64,000 bases of DNA from Parvibaculaceae bacterium (GTDB taxonomy: Bacteria; Pseudomonadota; Alphaproteobacteria; Parvibaculales; Parvibaculaceae), in contig JBDNIY010000003.1 of assembly GCA_041688015.1 (NCBI GenBank), forward strand, positions 31,545 to 95,544, read 5' to 3'. The position numbers were made by a program, and so were the translations under genes. The notes under the pieces are model-generated. The model saw nothing but the letters and a program-made list of their open reading frames with translations. It was not told where the DNA came from and made no database searches. Shown here one piece after another: positions 1-8,841 of the stretch. Each line of letters opens with the position of its first letter. Position 1 is the first letter of the stretch.

Positions 1-52
1 CATCGCCGGAGAGCAGGGCACCAGGGAAACTTTCGATCTGTTCGCTCTTCAT
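1..52 (-). CDS. 5' end of an unidentified gene running off the left edge (N-terminus MKSEQIESFPGALLSGD)
   Basis: ATG at 52-50 on the minus strand with GAGGA about 8 nt upstream. The frame is open to the window edge. Too short to name. Confidence 0.35.
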   Translation of the reverse strand, partial: MKSEQIESFPGALLSGD

Positions 53-452
53 CTTCAAGTCCTCGCTATAACCGCCAAAACGGCGGACGATGCTGGGAAC
101 GACTGCAACAGAGCGACAGGCAAAATCTCAAAACCGATTACCTTTGCCCCGCACCCAGTCAATCAAACGGGCTTCATCAACCAACGTCCGGGCGAGGCTG
201 CATCCTGAAGCTCGAACAAAAAAAGTCCATGTATCTCCATTTCGAAGTGACCGCAGCGCAGCATAGAAAAGCTGCGCCTTCGTCACTCCGATATGAACAA
301 TTAAAGAGGATTTAACGGCTCCAGCGCAGCTTCAAGCGCGCCATTTTCGGCCTCGCCCTAGCGATTCACCCGCAATTTGCCTAGCTTGAACAAGCGCCAA
401 TCGGGCATCAGATGATTGGACCGCTGCAAGCTTACTAGCAGACACAACCGGA

Positions 453-2111
453 GTGATTAGGCCTATGTCTTTCCTGAATATGCTGTCGTCGAATATGTCG
501 ATCTCGATCATCAATCGCTATGCGGCCTTCATCCTTTGTCTGATCCTGACTTGTATCGGGCTACTCACCGCACAAATATGGGGCTTTGGCCAGCCGCTCG
601 CGATCATCGCGGGGTTTTTCACCATTGTCGGCGTCATCGACCTGCTGCAATCCCAGCACGCGGTTTTGCGCAACTACCCCATCATCGGCCATATCCGCTA
701 TCTGATGGAAGGCATCCGGCCTGAAATTCGGCAATATCTTCTAGAGGCTGATAACGACGCCCTGCCTTTCTCGCGCAGCCAGCGCACGCTTATCTATTCG
801 CGCGCCAAGAACGAACAGGCCGACCAGCCTTTCGGTACACTGATGGATGTCTATAAGGACGGTTACGAATTCATCGGCCATTCCTCGCGCCCCATGCCCG
901 CAACCGATCCAACGCTTTACCGCGTCTCCATCGGCAATGACCAATGCGCCAAGCCCTATTCATGTTCTGTCTTTAACATCTCGGCCATGAGCTTCGGCTC
1001 GCTCAGCGCCAACGCCATTTCCGCGCTCAATCGCGGCGCACAGATAGGCAACTTTGCGCATGACACTGGCGAAGGCGGCATCAGCCCCTATCACCGCGCA
1101 CAGGGCGGCGATCTCATCTGGGAAATCGGCAGCGGCTATTTTGGCTGCCGCAATCATGACGGCAGTTTCAGCGCCGAACGCTTTGCCGCCAATGCCTTAT
1201 CCGATCAGGTCAAGATGATCGAGATCAAACTGAGCCAAGGCGCTAAGCCTGGCCATGGCGGCATTTTGCCGGGCGCAAAAGTAACACCGGAAATTGCCGC
1301 CACACGCGAAGTCGAAGAAGGCGTCGATTGCATTTCACCCTCGCGCCACAGCGCCTTTGCGACACCGCTTGAGATGATGGAATTCGTCGGCCAATTGCGC
1401 AGCCTTTCCGGCGGCAAGCCTGTCGGCTTCAAACTCTGCGTCGGTCACCCCTGGGAATTCATGGGCATCATCAAGGCCATCCTTGAAACCAATATCGTGC
1501 CCGACTTCATCGTCGTTGATGGCGGCGAAGGCGGCACAGGCGCGGCGCCTGTTGAGTTTTCCGACCATCTCGGGATGCCGCTACGCGAAGGGCTGTTGTT
1601 CGTTCACAATGCGCTGGTTGGCACAGGCCTACGCGACAAAATCAAGATCGGGGCAAGCGGTAAAATCGCCAGCGCCTTTGACATTGCGCGCGTCCTAGCG
1701 CTGGGGGCTGACTGGGGTAACTCGGCGCGCGGCTTCATGTTTGCCATTGGCTGCATCCAATCTCGCAGCTGCCACACCAACAAATGCCCTACGGGCGTGG
1801 CAACGCAAGACCATCTGCGCCAGCGCGCGTTGGTGGTGCCCGACAAGGCTGAACGGGTGGCAAATTTTCACCGCAATACATTAAAGGCGCTGGCACAAAT
1901 GCTGGCCGCCGCCGGTCTCGACAACCCCGACGAACTCGCGCCGCATCATGTCGTGCGGCGCATCAGCGAAACCGAAACGCGCCTCTTCTCCCAGCTCCAC
2001 TATTTCGTGAAGCCGGGAGATATTGTCAGAGAGGCAGGCGATCTCAGCGAGTTTTACAAAGCAAGCTGGGCCATGGCGCGCGCCGATACATTTGACGCGA
2101 TCCGGGGCTGA
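453..2111 (+). CDS. FMN-binding glutamate synthase family protein (GltB domain-2-like) with N-terminal membrane segment
   Basis: 552-aa ORF. Contains GEGGISPYH, IEIKLSQGAKPGHGGILPG, VVDGGEGGTGAAP and a CxxxxC-type cluster region typical of the family. The start is uncertain among several early Met codons. Confidence 0.85.
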   Translation: MIRPMSFLNMLSSNMSISIINRYAAFILCLILTCIGLLTAQIWGFGQPLAIIAGFFTIVGVIDLLQSQHAVLRNYPIIGHIRYLMEGIRPEIRQYLLEADNDALPFSRSQRTLIYSRAKNEQADQPFGTLMDVYKDGYEFIGHSSRPMPATDPTLYRVSIGNDQCAKPYSCSVFNISAMSFGSLSANAISALNRGAQIGNFAHDTGEGGISPYHRAQGGDLIWEIGSGYFGCRNHDGSFSAERFAANALSDQVKMIEIKLSQGAKPGHGGILPGAKVTPEIAATREVEEGVDCISPSRHSAFATPLEMMEFVGQLRSLSGGKPVGFKLCVGHPWEFMGIIKAILETNIVPDFIVVDGGEGGTGAAPVEFSDHLGMPLREGLLFVHNALVGTGLRDKIKIGASGKIASAFDIARVLALGADWGNSARGFMFAIGCIQSRSCHTNKCPTGVATQDHLRQRALVVPDKAERVANFHRNTLKALAQMLAAAGLDNPDELAPHHVVRRISETETRLFSQLHYFVKPGDIVREAGDLSEFYKASWAMARADTFDAIRG

Positions 2112-2148
2112 CGCGATCCGGGGCAAACGCGACCCGTGACTAGCCCGA

Positions 2149-3903
2149 TCAACCTTCGGCAAAGACCTTCTTGAGCTCGGTCTTGAGGATTTTGCCATTA
2201 GCGTTACGCGGCAAGGTTTCCTTCCAGAAGACAACCTTGACCGGCACCTTGAAGGCCGCAAGTTTAACCGCGACAAAGGCCTTCAATTCTTCTTCTGTCG
2301 CTGTCGAGCCAGGCGTCAGATAAACAACCGCACCGGCTTCTTCGCCCAACGTGCGATGAGGCACAGCGACGATTGCCGCATCCATTACGGCAGGATGCTC
2401 ATAGAGGACGTTTTCAACTTCGGCACAGTAGATATTCTCACCGCCACGAATGAGCATGTCCTTGGCACGGTCGAGGATGAAGCAGAAACCTTCTTCATCG
2501 ATCCGCGCAAGATCGCCCGTATGCACCCAGCCATCGACAAATGTTTCAGCAGTGGCTTCTGGCTTGTTCCAATATTCCTTCACGACATTGGGGCCACGCC
2601 CACACAACTCACCCACTTCATTGACCCCAAGCGTCTCGCCATCAGGGTCGATGACTTTCAAATCGCAAACGGGAATGGCCGGGCCGCAGCTCAACGGGCG
2701 ATGCTCATAATCCTCTCCTGCATGATTTGTGAAAGTCGCCGACGTTTCGGTCATGCCCCAGCCGTTGCCAGCCTGAGACTTGGGGAATGTTTCGAGGATC
2801 TTACGCACCAGTTCCGGCGCGGATGGCGCCCCGCCGTAGGAGACACCTTCGAGCGAGGAGAGATCATATTTGGCGCGATTGGGATGTTCGATCAACTGCC
2901 AAGCAATCGTCGGCACACCGCCCGCGCCGGTAATTTTTTCACGCTCAATAAGCTGCATCGCCTTTTCGGCGTCCCACTTGTGCATCATGACAATCTTGGC
3001 ACCAGCATAGAGCGACGGCGACATGATGGCGTGGCAGCCTGTGGCATGAAAGAACGGGACCGAAAGCAGTGTTGATTTCTGTGGATCCGCCGGATTGGGC
3101 TGAGGCGGCATCTCGCCACGCCGCAAGAAGGTGCGTGCGCCTGAAATGCCCGCCGCCATGATGTTCGACATCATGTTGCGATGAGTGCCGAGGGCGCCCT
3201 TGGGCTTGCCCGTCGTGCCAGAGGTATAAAAGATCGTCGCATCGTCGTCGGAGTCCAGCGACACATCCGGCAAAGGCTTGTCGGGAAGGGTGCCCCAATC
3301 ATTAACGGGACCGACAATGGTCTCCATGCCGATCACCTTGGCATCCGCGCTGGCGGCCCCTAAACGCGCCACATAGATGCGCTCCAAATCTTTGCAGTTG
3401 CCCAAATGATCTTTGACGCGTGCATAGAGTCCCGCATCGAGGATGGCGACCTTTGAGCCGGAATCTATCAACCCATATTCGAGTTCGTCGGCCGTCCACC
3501 ACGCATTGAGCGGCGTCACGATGGCACCGGTCAGCGAGGCCCCGTAAAAAGCCACCGGCCATTCGGGCAGGTTACGCATGATGATAGCCACCCGGTCGCC
3601 CTTCTTGACGCCCTTGGCGATCAGCTCATGGGCGAATGTGATGGCAGCGCGCGCAAAGCCCTCAAACGTGGCGCGATCATCATCCAGCACCAGAAACGTC
3701 CGCTCGCCGTGAGCGCGTCCCAGCAGAAAAGAATCGCGAATGGTCGGCGGCGCGTTCTTCCAAACGCGAATTTTCTGGCCGCGAATGACCTTTTCTTCCA
3801 TCTCGAAGGGAATGCCGGGGGCCGTCAAAAAAGCATGCGCCTCGGCAATGGTCATGGCCGGCCAGGCGACTTTGGCAGGATTGGATGTTTCAACGTCGGT
3901 CAT
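2149..3903 (-). CDS. AMP-dependent acyl-CoA synthetase/ligase (class I adenylate-forming enzyme)
   Basis: 584-aa ORF with the AMP-binding signature YTSGTTGKPKG, GWGMTE and TGDLARIDEEGF motifs. Confidence 0.9.
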   Translation of the reverse strand: MTDVETSNPAKVAWPAMTIAEAHAFLTAPGIPFEMEEKVIRGQKIRVWKNAPPTIRDSFLLGRAHGERTFLVLDDDRATFEGFARAAITFAHELIAKGVKKGDRVAIIMRNLPEWPVAFYGASLTGAIVTPLNAWWTADELEYGLIDSGSKVAILDAGLYARVKDHLGNCKDLERIYVARLGAASADAKVIGMETIVGPVNDWGTLPDKPLPDVSLDSDDDATIFYTSGTTGKPKGALGTHRNMMSNIMAAGISGARTFLRRGEMPPQPNPADPQKSTLLSVPFFHATGCHAIMSPSLYAGAKIVMMHKWDAEKAMQLIEREKITGAGGVPTIAWQLIEHPNRAKYDLSSLEGVSYGGAPSAPELVRKILETFPKSQAGNGWGMTETSATFTNHAGEDYEHRPLSCGPAIPVCDLKVIDPDGETLGVNEVGELCGRGPNVVKEYWNKPEATAETFVDGWVHTGDLARIDEEGFCFILDRAKDMLIRGGENIYCAEVENVLYEHPAVMDAAIVAVPHRTLGEEAGAVVYLTPGSTATEEELKAFVAVKLAAFKVPVKVVFWKETLPRNANGKILKTELKKVFAEG

Positions 3904-4218
3904 AGCTTTACGCGCGCTCCCTAGGGGTCATCATTTTGAGATTTTATTCTTGATTGGGCGGGAGAATGGGGGGGGAACGCAAGCTCACGCAAGAAAAAAC
4001 GTGCTCTCCGCAGCGTCAAATCATGGCTTTAGGGGTCGAATTTCATCTCGCAGTGTCCCGATGCCCGCCTGACGGCCTTTTCGGTGCAAAGCCGCCCCTG
4101 CGTAAAGAGATGCCAACTGGCATCGCGCGCGCAATCTACGCTATACCTTCGGCCAACCACGGCGCTGAAAACGCCCGACCAAAAGTACCCGACCGCAAAG
4201 TTGACGAGGACACGCGCC

Positions 4219-5439
4219 ATGAGCCAGGCTCCAGAAAGCATCAGCCCCGACAATCTTGAGGCCTTCCGCCGCGAAGTCACAGATTGGTTCAGCGCTAACA
4301 AGCCGACCGATCCAGGTTTCCTGTTGCCGCAATCCTTCATGGAAGTGGGCACCGACGACCAGTTCTATTTCCTGCGCGACTGGCAAAAGAAAGTCTATGA
4401 GGCGGGCTATCTGGGCATGGCATGGCCCAAGGAATATGGCGGCGGTGGACGCCCGCAGGCGCTACAAGACATCGTGACACGCGAAATGGTACGTCAAAAA
4501 ACGCCCTTTATGACCAATACCATCGGCCTCAACTGGGCGGGCCCGCTGATCCTCAACATGGGAACCGAGGAGCAAAAAAAGGCTTTCATTCCGGGTATTT
4601 TGAGCGCCGACGACATCTGGTGTCAGGGCTTTTCTGAGCCTGACCATGGCTCTGACCTTGGCAACGCGCAGCTGAAAGCCACACGCGAGGGCGACAAATT
4701 TGTCCTCAACGGCTCGAAAATTTGGACGAGCCTTGGCCGCCACGCCAAATATATGATCCTGCTGGCGCGCACCAACCCGAACACCAACAACAAATATGAG
4801 GGCCTGAGCTTCTTCCTCATTCCGATGGATGTGCCGGGCATCGAGGTCACGCCGATCAAGAAGCTGACCGGCGAGTTCGGCTTCAACCAAACCTTCTTTA
4901 CCGACGCACGCATTCCCGCCTCCTGCCTCATCGGCAAGGAAGACGGTGGCTGGGCGGTCGCTATGGCAACGCTCGCCTTTGAACGCGGCGCGGTGGGCGG
5001 GCAGGCCGGTGGCCACGCCATGAACAGCAAGCATGTGTCGGAAGTCGTGACGCTGGCCAAAACGGCCAAGCGCAATGGCAAGCCCGCCATCGAAGACCCG
5101 GTGATCCGCGACAAGCTGGTGCAATTCATCATGGAAGAACGCGCGCAGGCACTGAACGGCTCACGCGCCCGCATCAAGGCGTTGAACGCGGAACGCCCGC
5201 ATTCAATCGCCATGTCCGGCAAGCTCGTGGCCACCGAATATTCGCGCCGCATGAACCAGTTTGCGCTGTCACTACAGGGCGCCAACGCCGCCTATTATGT
5301 CGGCGACGCCCTCGCCTATGACGGCGGCCTCTGGCAGCGTTCCTATTTCAACGCTTTCTCGGGCACCATCGGCGGCGGCACCAGCGAAGTGCAACACAAC
5401 ATCATCGGCGAGCGCGTGCTCGGCCTGCCAAAGAGCTGA
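4219..5439 (+). CDS. acyl-CoA dehydrogenase family protein
   Basis: The ORF-track frame 4084-5439 is trimmed to Met46 (MSQAPES). ACAD-like motifs are present (CQGFSEPDHGSDL, GGTSEVQHNIIGERVLGLP). Confidence 0.88.
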   Translation: MSQAPESISPDNLEAFRREVTDWFSANKPTDPGFLLPQSFMEVGTDDQFYFLRDWQKKVYEAGYLGMAWPKEYGGGGRPQALQDIVTREMVRQKTPFMTNTIGLNWAGPLILNMGTEEQKKAFIPGILSADDIWCQGFSEPDHGSDLGNAQLKATREGDKFVLNGSKIWTSLGRHAKYMILLARTNPNTNNKYEGLSFFLIPMDVPGIEVTPIKKLTGEFGFNQTFFTDARIPASCLIGKEDGGWAVAMATLAFERGAVGGQAGGHAMNSKHVSEVVTLAKTAKRNGKPAIEDPVIRDKLVQFIMEERAQALNGSRARIKALNAERPHSIAMSGKLVATEYSRRMNQFALSLQGANAAYYVGDALAYDGGLWQRSYFNAFSGTIGGGTSEVQHNIIGERVLGLPKS

Positions 5440-5455
5440 GAGCGAGGACCCAACC

Positions 5456-6586
5456 ATGCTGGACACTAACAAAAAGCCGACCATCCTCTTCAGCGATGAG
5501 CAGGAACAACTGCTGGAAGTCGCATCGAATTTCTGCCGCAACAGATTTCCGATGAGCGCCACCCGCAAGCGCATCGAAGCGCCGGAAGATTTCGACAAGA
5601 CGCTCTGGGCCGAAATCGCCTCTCTAGGCTGGCTCGGCATTGCTGTGCCCGAAGAATTCGGCGGCAGCGGATTGACGCTCGCCGAAGTTGTCACCGTCGT
5701 CGAACCGATGGGACAATATCTGGCGGGCACACCGCTCGTCTCGACAACGCTGGTCGCTCAAGCGCTCATCGCCGCAGGCACTGAGGCCCAAAAGAACAAC
5801 TGGTTGCCAAAAATCTGCGAAGGCACCATCGGCGCGCTCGCGCTCACCGAGCCTAGCGGCGACTGGTCACTGACCGATCTTGAATGCAGCGCCACAAAAA
5901 ATGGCGATACGCTGATGTTCAAAGGCACCAAGACTTTTGTTACCGATGCCGCCTCCGCCGATCTTGTTATCGCATCGGTGATGCTCGACGGCGCGCCTGC
6001 GCTCGTCATCCTTGATCGCACTGCGCTCGACGCGGCCACCGTCTCGCGTGAAATCGTGATCGACGAAACACGCCGCTCTTATCGCCTGACGCTTGATGGC
6101 GTGAAAGTGCCTATGAGCGCCCTGCTTGATCCCGCCAAAACCAAAGCGGCACTCGGCCATCTCGACCAAGCAGCCTGCTTGCTCCTGTCTGCCGAAGCCT
6201 GTGGCGGCGCCATGGGCGTGATCGACGTCGTGGTCGATTATCTCAAAACGCGCAAGCAGTTCGAGCGTTATATCGGCTCTTACCAAGCGCTGAAGCACCC
6301 CACCGTCGATGCCCTGCTCGCCACCGAAGCGGCCCGCTCGCATCTTTATTATGCTGCCACCGTATTTGGTCAAGGCATCGAAGGCGAAGTCGCAGTGCGC
6401 ATGGCCAAGGCGCAATCGAGCGACGCCTTGGCGTTTGCATCCGACCGCGCCATCCAGTTCCACGGCGGATTCGGCTTCACCTATGACTGCGATGCGCAAC
6501 TCTATCGCCGTCGCGGAATTTGGTGCGAAACGCAACATGGTGACAGCGCCCATCACCGCACAAAACTGGCTGACATTCTTCTGTAG
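5456..6586 (+). CDS. acyl-CoA dehydrogenase family protein (second subunit/paralogue)
   Basis: The frame 5261-6586 is trimmed to Met66 (MLDTNKK), 17 nt after the upstream stop. ACAD C-terminal motifs are present (QFHGGFGFTYDCDAQLYRRR). Confidence 0.88.
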   Translation: MLDTNKKPTILFSDEQEQLLEVASNFCRNRFPMSATRKRIEAPEDFDKTLWAEIASLGWLGIAVPEEFGGSGLTLAEVVTVVEPMGQYLAGTPLVSTTLVAQALIAAGTEAQKNNWLPKICEGTIGALALTEPSGDWSLTDLECSATKNGDTLMFKGTKTFVTDAASADLVIASVMLDGAPALVILDRTALDAATVSREIVIDETRRSYRLTLDGVKVPMSALLDPAKTKAALGHLDQAACLLLSAEACGGAMGVIDVVVDYLKTRKQFERYIGSYQALKHPTVDALLATEAARSHLYYAATVFGQGIEGEVAVRMAKAQSSDALAFASDRAIQFHGGFGFTYDCDAQLYRRRGIWCETQHGDSAHHRTKLADILL

Positions 6587-6877
6587 GCAACCAACTTCTG
6601 TAGGCAACCAAGCCGCTCCAGTGAGTATGTGCGATGACGTCCAGATACCGGCCAGGCGGCTGTCCCTCACTAAGCGAGAGCGGTGGCCGAGAAAGACAAC
6701 CAGCACGGCAAGCTCCCGAACAACGTTAAGCGCCACAACCTGAAGGGCCTTTTTGGGCGTTGATACTCAAAATATAGGGCGCCATCACAAATGATGGGGC
6801 AGATGTCGAAATTCCCCAATCCCGACATGATTGTTCTTTATTCCTCGACACACCATATGAGGACAAAGGAGATCAAC

Positions 6878-7261
6878 ATGTTTGAACAACTAGTGGCACC
6901 TGAAAATGTCATCGCGATGCGCCTCAGCGGAACCCTGACCAGAGAGGATGTCCACACCTACAAGGCCATCATTGAAGACAAGATTGCCAGCCACAAACAC
7001 TTTGGCGTTTGTGTGGACATGTCCAAGCTACACGACCTGGGCGCTGACGCGCTGACCGATGACGCCATGGTCGAGTTTGAACTCCTTACCCATGTCTCAA
7101 AATTCCGCCGCTGCGCCCTTGTCTCAGACAAGTCTTGGCCCATCACAATGGCGGTCGCCATCGGCCACTTGATTCCACTCCTAGAAGTCAAATCCTTCGA
7201 GCCAGAGCAGGGCGATGCGGCCATTGTCTGGGCCTCTGAAGGCCCAGCGCAGCCGCATTAA
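6878..7261 (+). CDS. STAS/SpoIIAA-like (DUF3478-type) small protein
   Basis: ATG 6878 is preceded by AAAGGAG. The ~127-aa product has the layout of SpoIIAA-like STAS/SEC14-type proteins. The family call is from memory only. Confidence 0.55.
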   Translation: MFEQLVAPENVIAMRLSGTLTREDVHTYKAIIEDKIASHKHFGVCVDMSKLHDLGADALTDDAMVEFELLTHVSKFRRCALVSDKSWPITMAVAIGHLIPLLEVKSFEPEQGDAAIVWASEGPAQPH

Positions 7262-7611
7262 AAGCGCGCGCTCACGCAGCCGCTAACTGACATTTCTACC
7301 AAACGACAGAATGAGCGTTTTTTAAGCACCGCCTAGCGACAACCGCTCAAAGTCGGCTGCCATGCCAGCTGCTTGCCCGTTTGTACGCTAGGCGTGGGCC
7401 GGGGGTGCGGGAAGGTCACGCGCCGCACCGTCAGCCCGCCAACCGAAAGGCGGCCTGAAACAATATCTAGCCCACTGTGTCTATCCTGCCCCTGATTGTT
7501 CACATTTCGGTCGGGCCACGTAGGCCGGCCGAGTACGTAAGGATAATTGGGTGAGGGCGGAAATCACTGGAAAATATTTCTAAGGCCCTTGGAATTCAGA
7601 GAAACATACGC

Positions 7612-8108
7612 ATGAAACTACTTCATATTTTGGTGCCTGTATTGCTGGCATAGACCGCCGCTTTTGCAGCGGACACAGCCACCGTTAATTGGCCTAGATC
7701 TTATATCGGTGCCAACGTTGGCTATGTCTGGAGCGATGTCGATTACAGCTCCGTCGTCGGAAGCGGCGGCATGTCGCCTGACACCGTCATTGGGGGCCTC
7801 CAGGCCGGGTACAACTGGCAGTTCAGCAACAATATCGTGCTGGGCGCAGAAATCGGCGCTTCTCTTCTCGATGGCAATGACAGTAAGACGGATGCTCTTG
7901 GGATCGTGTCCACAAGACGCTGACCGGCTGGGTTGCTGGTACCGGCGCTGAAAAGATGGTGACGCGGAACGTCTCACTGCGCCTTGACTATTCTTACTAC
8001 GACTATGGCTCCGAAACGTTCCACTACAATTTTGGTTTGTTTACTGGCACCGCAGAGGTGGACACGAAGGCTGACGTCGTCACACTTGGCGTGAATTACA
8101 GATTCTAA
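7612..8108 (+). pseudogene. Omp25/Omp31-type outer-membrane beta-barrel porin, disrupted
   Basis: Signal peptide MKLLHILVPVLLA is followed by an in-frame TAG at 7651-7653. The beta-barrel motifs GLQAGYNWQF and VLGAEI follow. Frame 1 ends at TGA 7921, and the C-terminal part (GWVAGTGAEK...LDYSYYDYG...TLGVNYRF*) continues in another frame starting near 7920. The total length is shorter than typical family members. Confidence 0.75.
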
Positions 8109-8117
8109 CCGACAGCT

Positions 8118-8149
8118 AGATCAGGTCGGCCTTCGGGTTGACCTGATCT
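8118..8149 (+). terminator. perfect 10-bp stem hairpin downstream of the porin pseudogene
   Basis: AGATCAGGTC (8118-8127) pairs with GACCTGATCT (8140-8149) across a 12-nt loop, followed by TCTTTC. Confidence 0.5.
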
Positions 8150-8483
8150 TCTTTCAGCGAAGGCTGTTCCTCTGCAAACTTCAAAATCGCCAATTGGCAC
8201 CAACGTCCGTCGAAAACCAGCACCTTAAAGGGTGTTGTATTTGTTTTAAAAGGATGGAAAAGACGTTTTTCAAGGGCAATTGGCGGGCCACGACCGATGA
8301 AGATGATCACTACGAATACGCTGTAGCGCTATGACGGAACGTAGAAGCACTGCCTATCGTGGCGACGTCGGTGCACACTCACCCACCGTCATCGCTCGCC
8401 CAAACGCTGATTGACCTTGAGCAACCGTTCTCAATTGTTCACGCAGAACTTTAGATTTTATTCACATAACAACGGCTCTGTTT

Positions 8484-8498
8484 TTCACACTTTGTGAA
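8484..8498 (+). promoter_or_regulatory. 6-3-6 inverted repeat TTCACA-ctt-TGTGAA upstream of the cargo cassette (possible operator)
   Basis: Perfect palindrome 53 nt upstream of ATG 8551. Further TTCAC copies occur at 8438-8442 and 8461-8465. Confidence 0.3.
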
Positions 8499-8550
8499 CG
8501 ACGCCGGGGATTGGGACAGCTAAACCTCCATCATAACGAAGGAGGCAAGC

Positions 8551-8841
8551 ATGATCCCTTTAACCCAGCACGCATCACTCAGGTGCGCTCAGCGCGGCAT
8601 TCGGGCTGAGTTTCTTGACGACCTGATCCGGCTTTCGGACGTCGAAACGCCGATTGGATCAAACTGCCGACTATTCCGCGTGAGCCCTCGCGCCGGTCGC
8701 CAACACGCAGAGCGTGATCGGCTGTCGCGCTATGCCGTCATCTGGAGCGATGACAGCCAATCTGTGGTGACCGTTCTTCCGGTTCAACGTGGACGATCCG
8801 GGCGCCGCTATCGGCACAGTGTTCGCGGAGGTTCGCAATGA
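8551..8841 (+). CDS. small DUF4258-like protein (cassette gene A, 96 aa)
   Basis: AAGGAGG (8539-8545) lies 5 nt before the ATG. The N-terminal HASLRCAQRGI resembles the H-A..R...RGI signature I associate with DUF4258 toxin-like proteins. The tail is Arg-rich. The stop overlaps the next start (ATGA). Confidence 0.7.
   Translation: MIPLTQHASLRCAQRGIRAEFLDDLIRLSDVETPIGSNCRLFRVSPRAGRQHAERDRLSRYAVIWSDDSQSVVTVLPVQRGRSGRRYRHSVRGGSQ

Noticed and set aside
7546-8113. Possible remnant of the tRNA-Ser 3' end marking the left att site (GGGTGAGGGCGGAAATC at 7549-7565; GATTCTAACCGAC at 8101-8113)
   Set aside because: They match only about 12/16 and 11/13 positions against the tRNA sequence. The second lies inside the porin C-terminal codons (YRF stop). 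This is too weak to call a direct repeat, and serine recombinases do not require one.
8116-8310. 64-aa minus-strand ORF between the porin pseudogene and the cassette
   Set aside because: It has no SD and no recognisable motif, overlaps the terminator hairpin, and lies in AT-rich DNA where random ORFs are less constrained. It may be a gene fragment, but I cannot support it.
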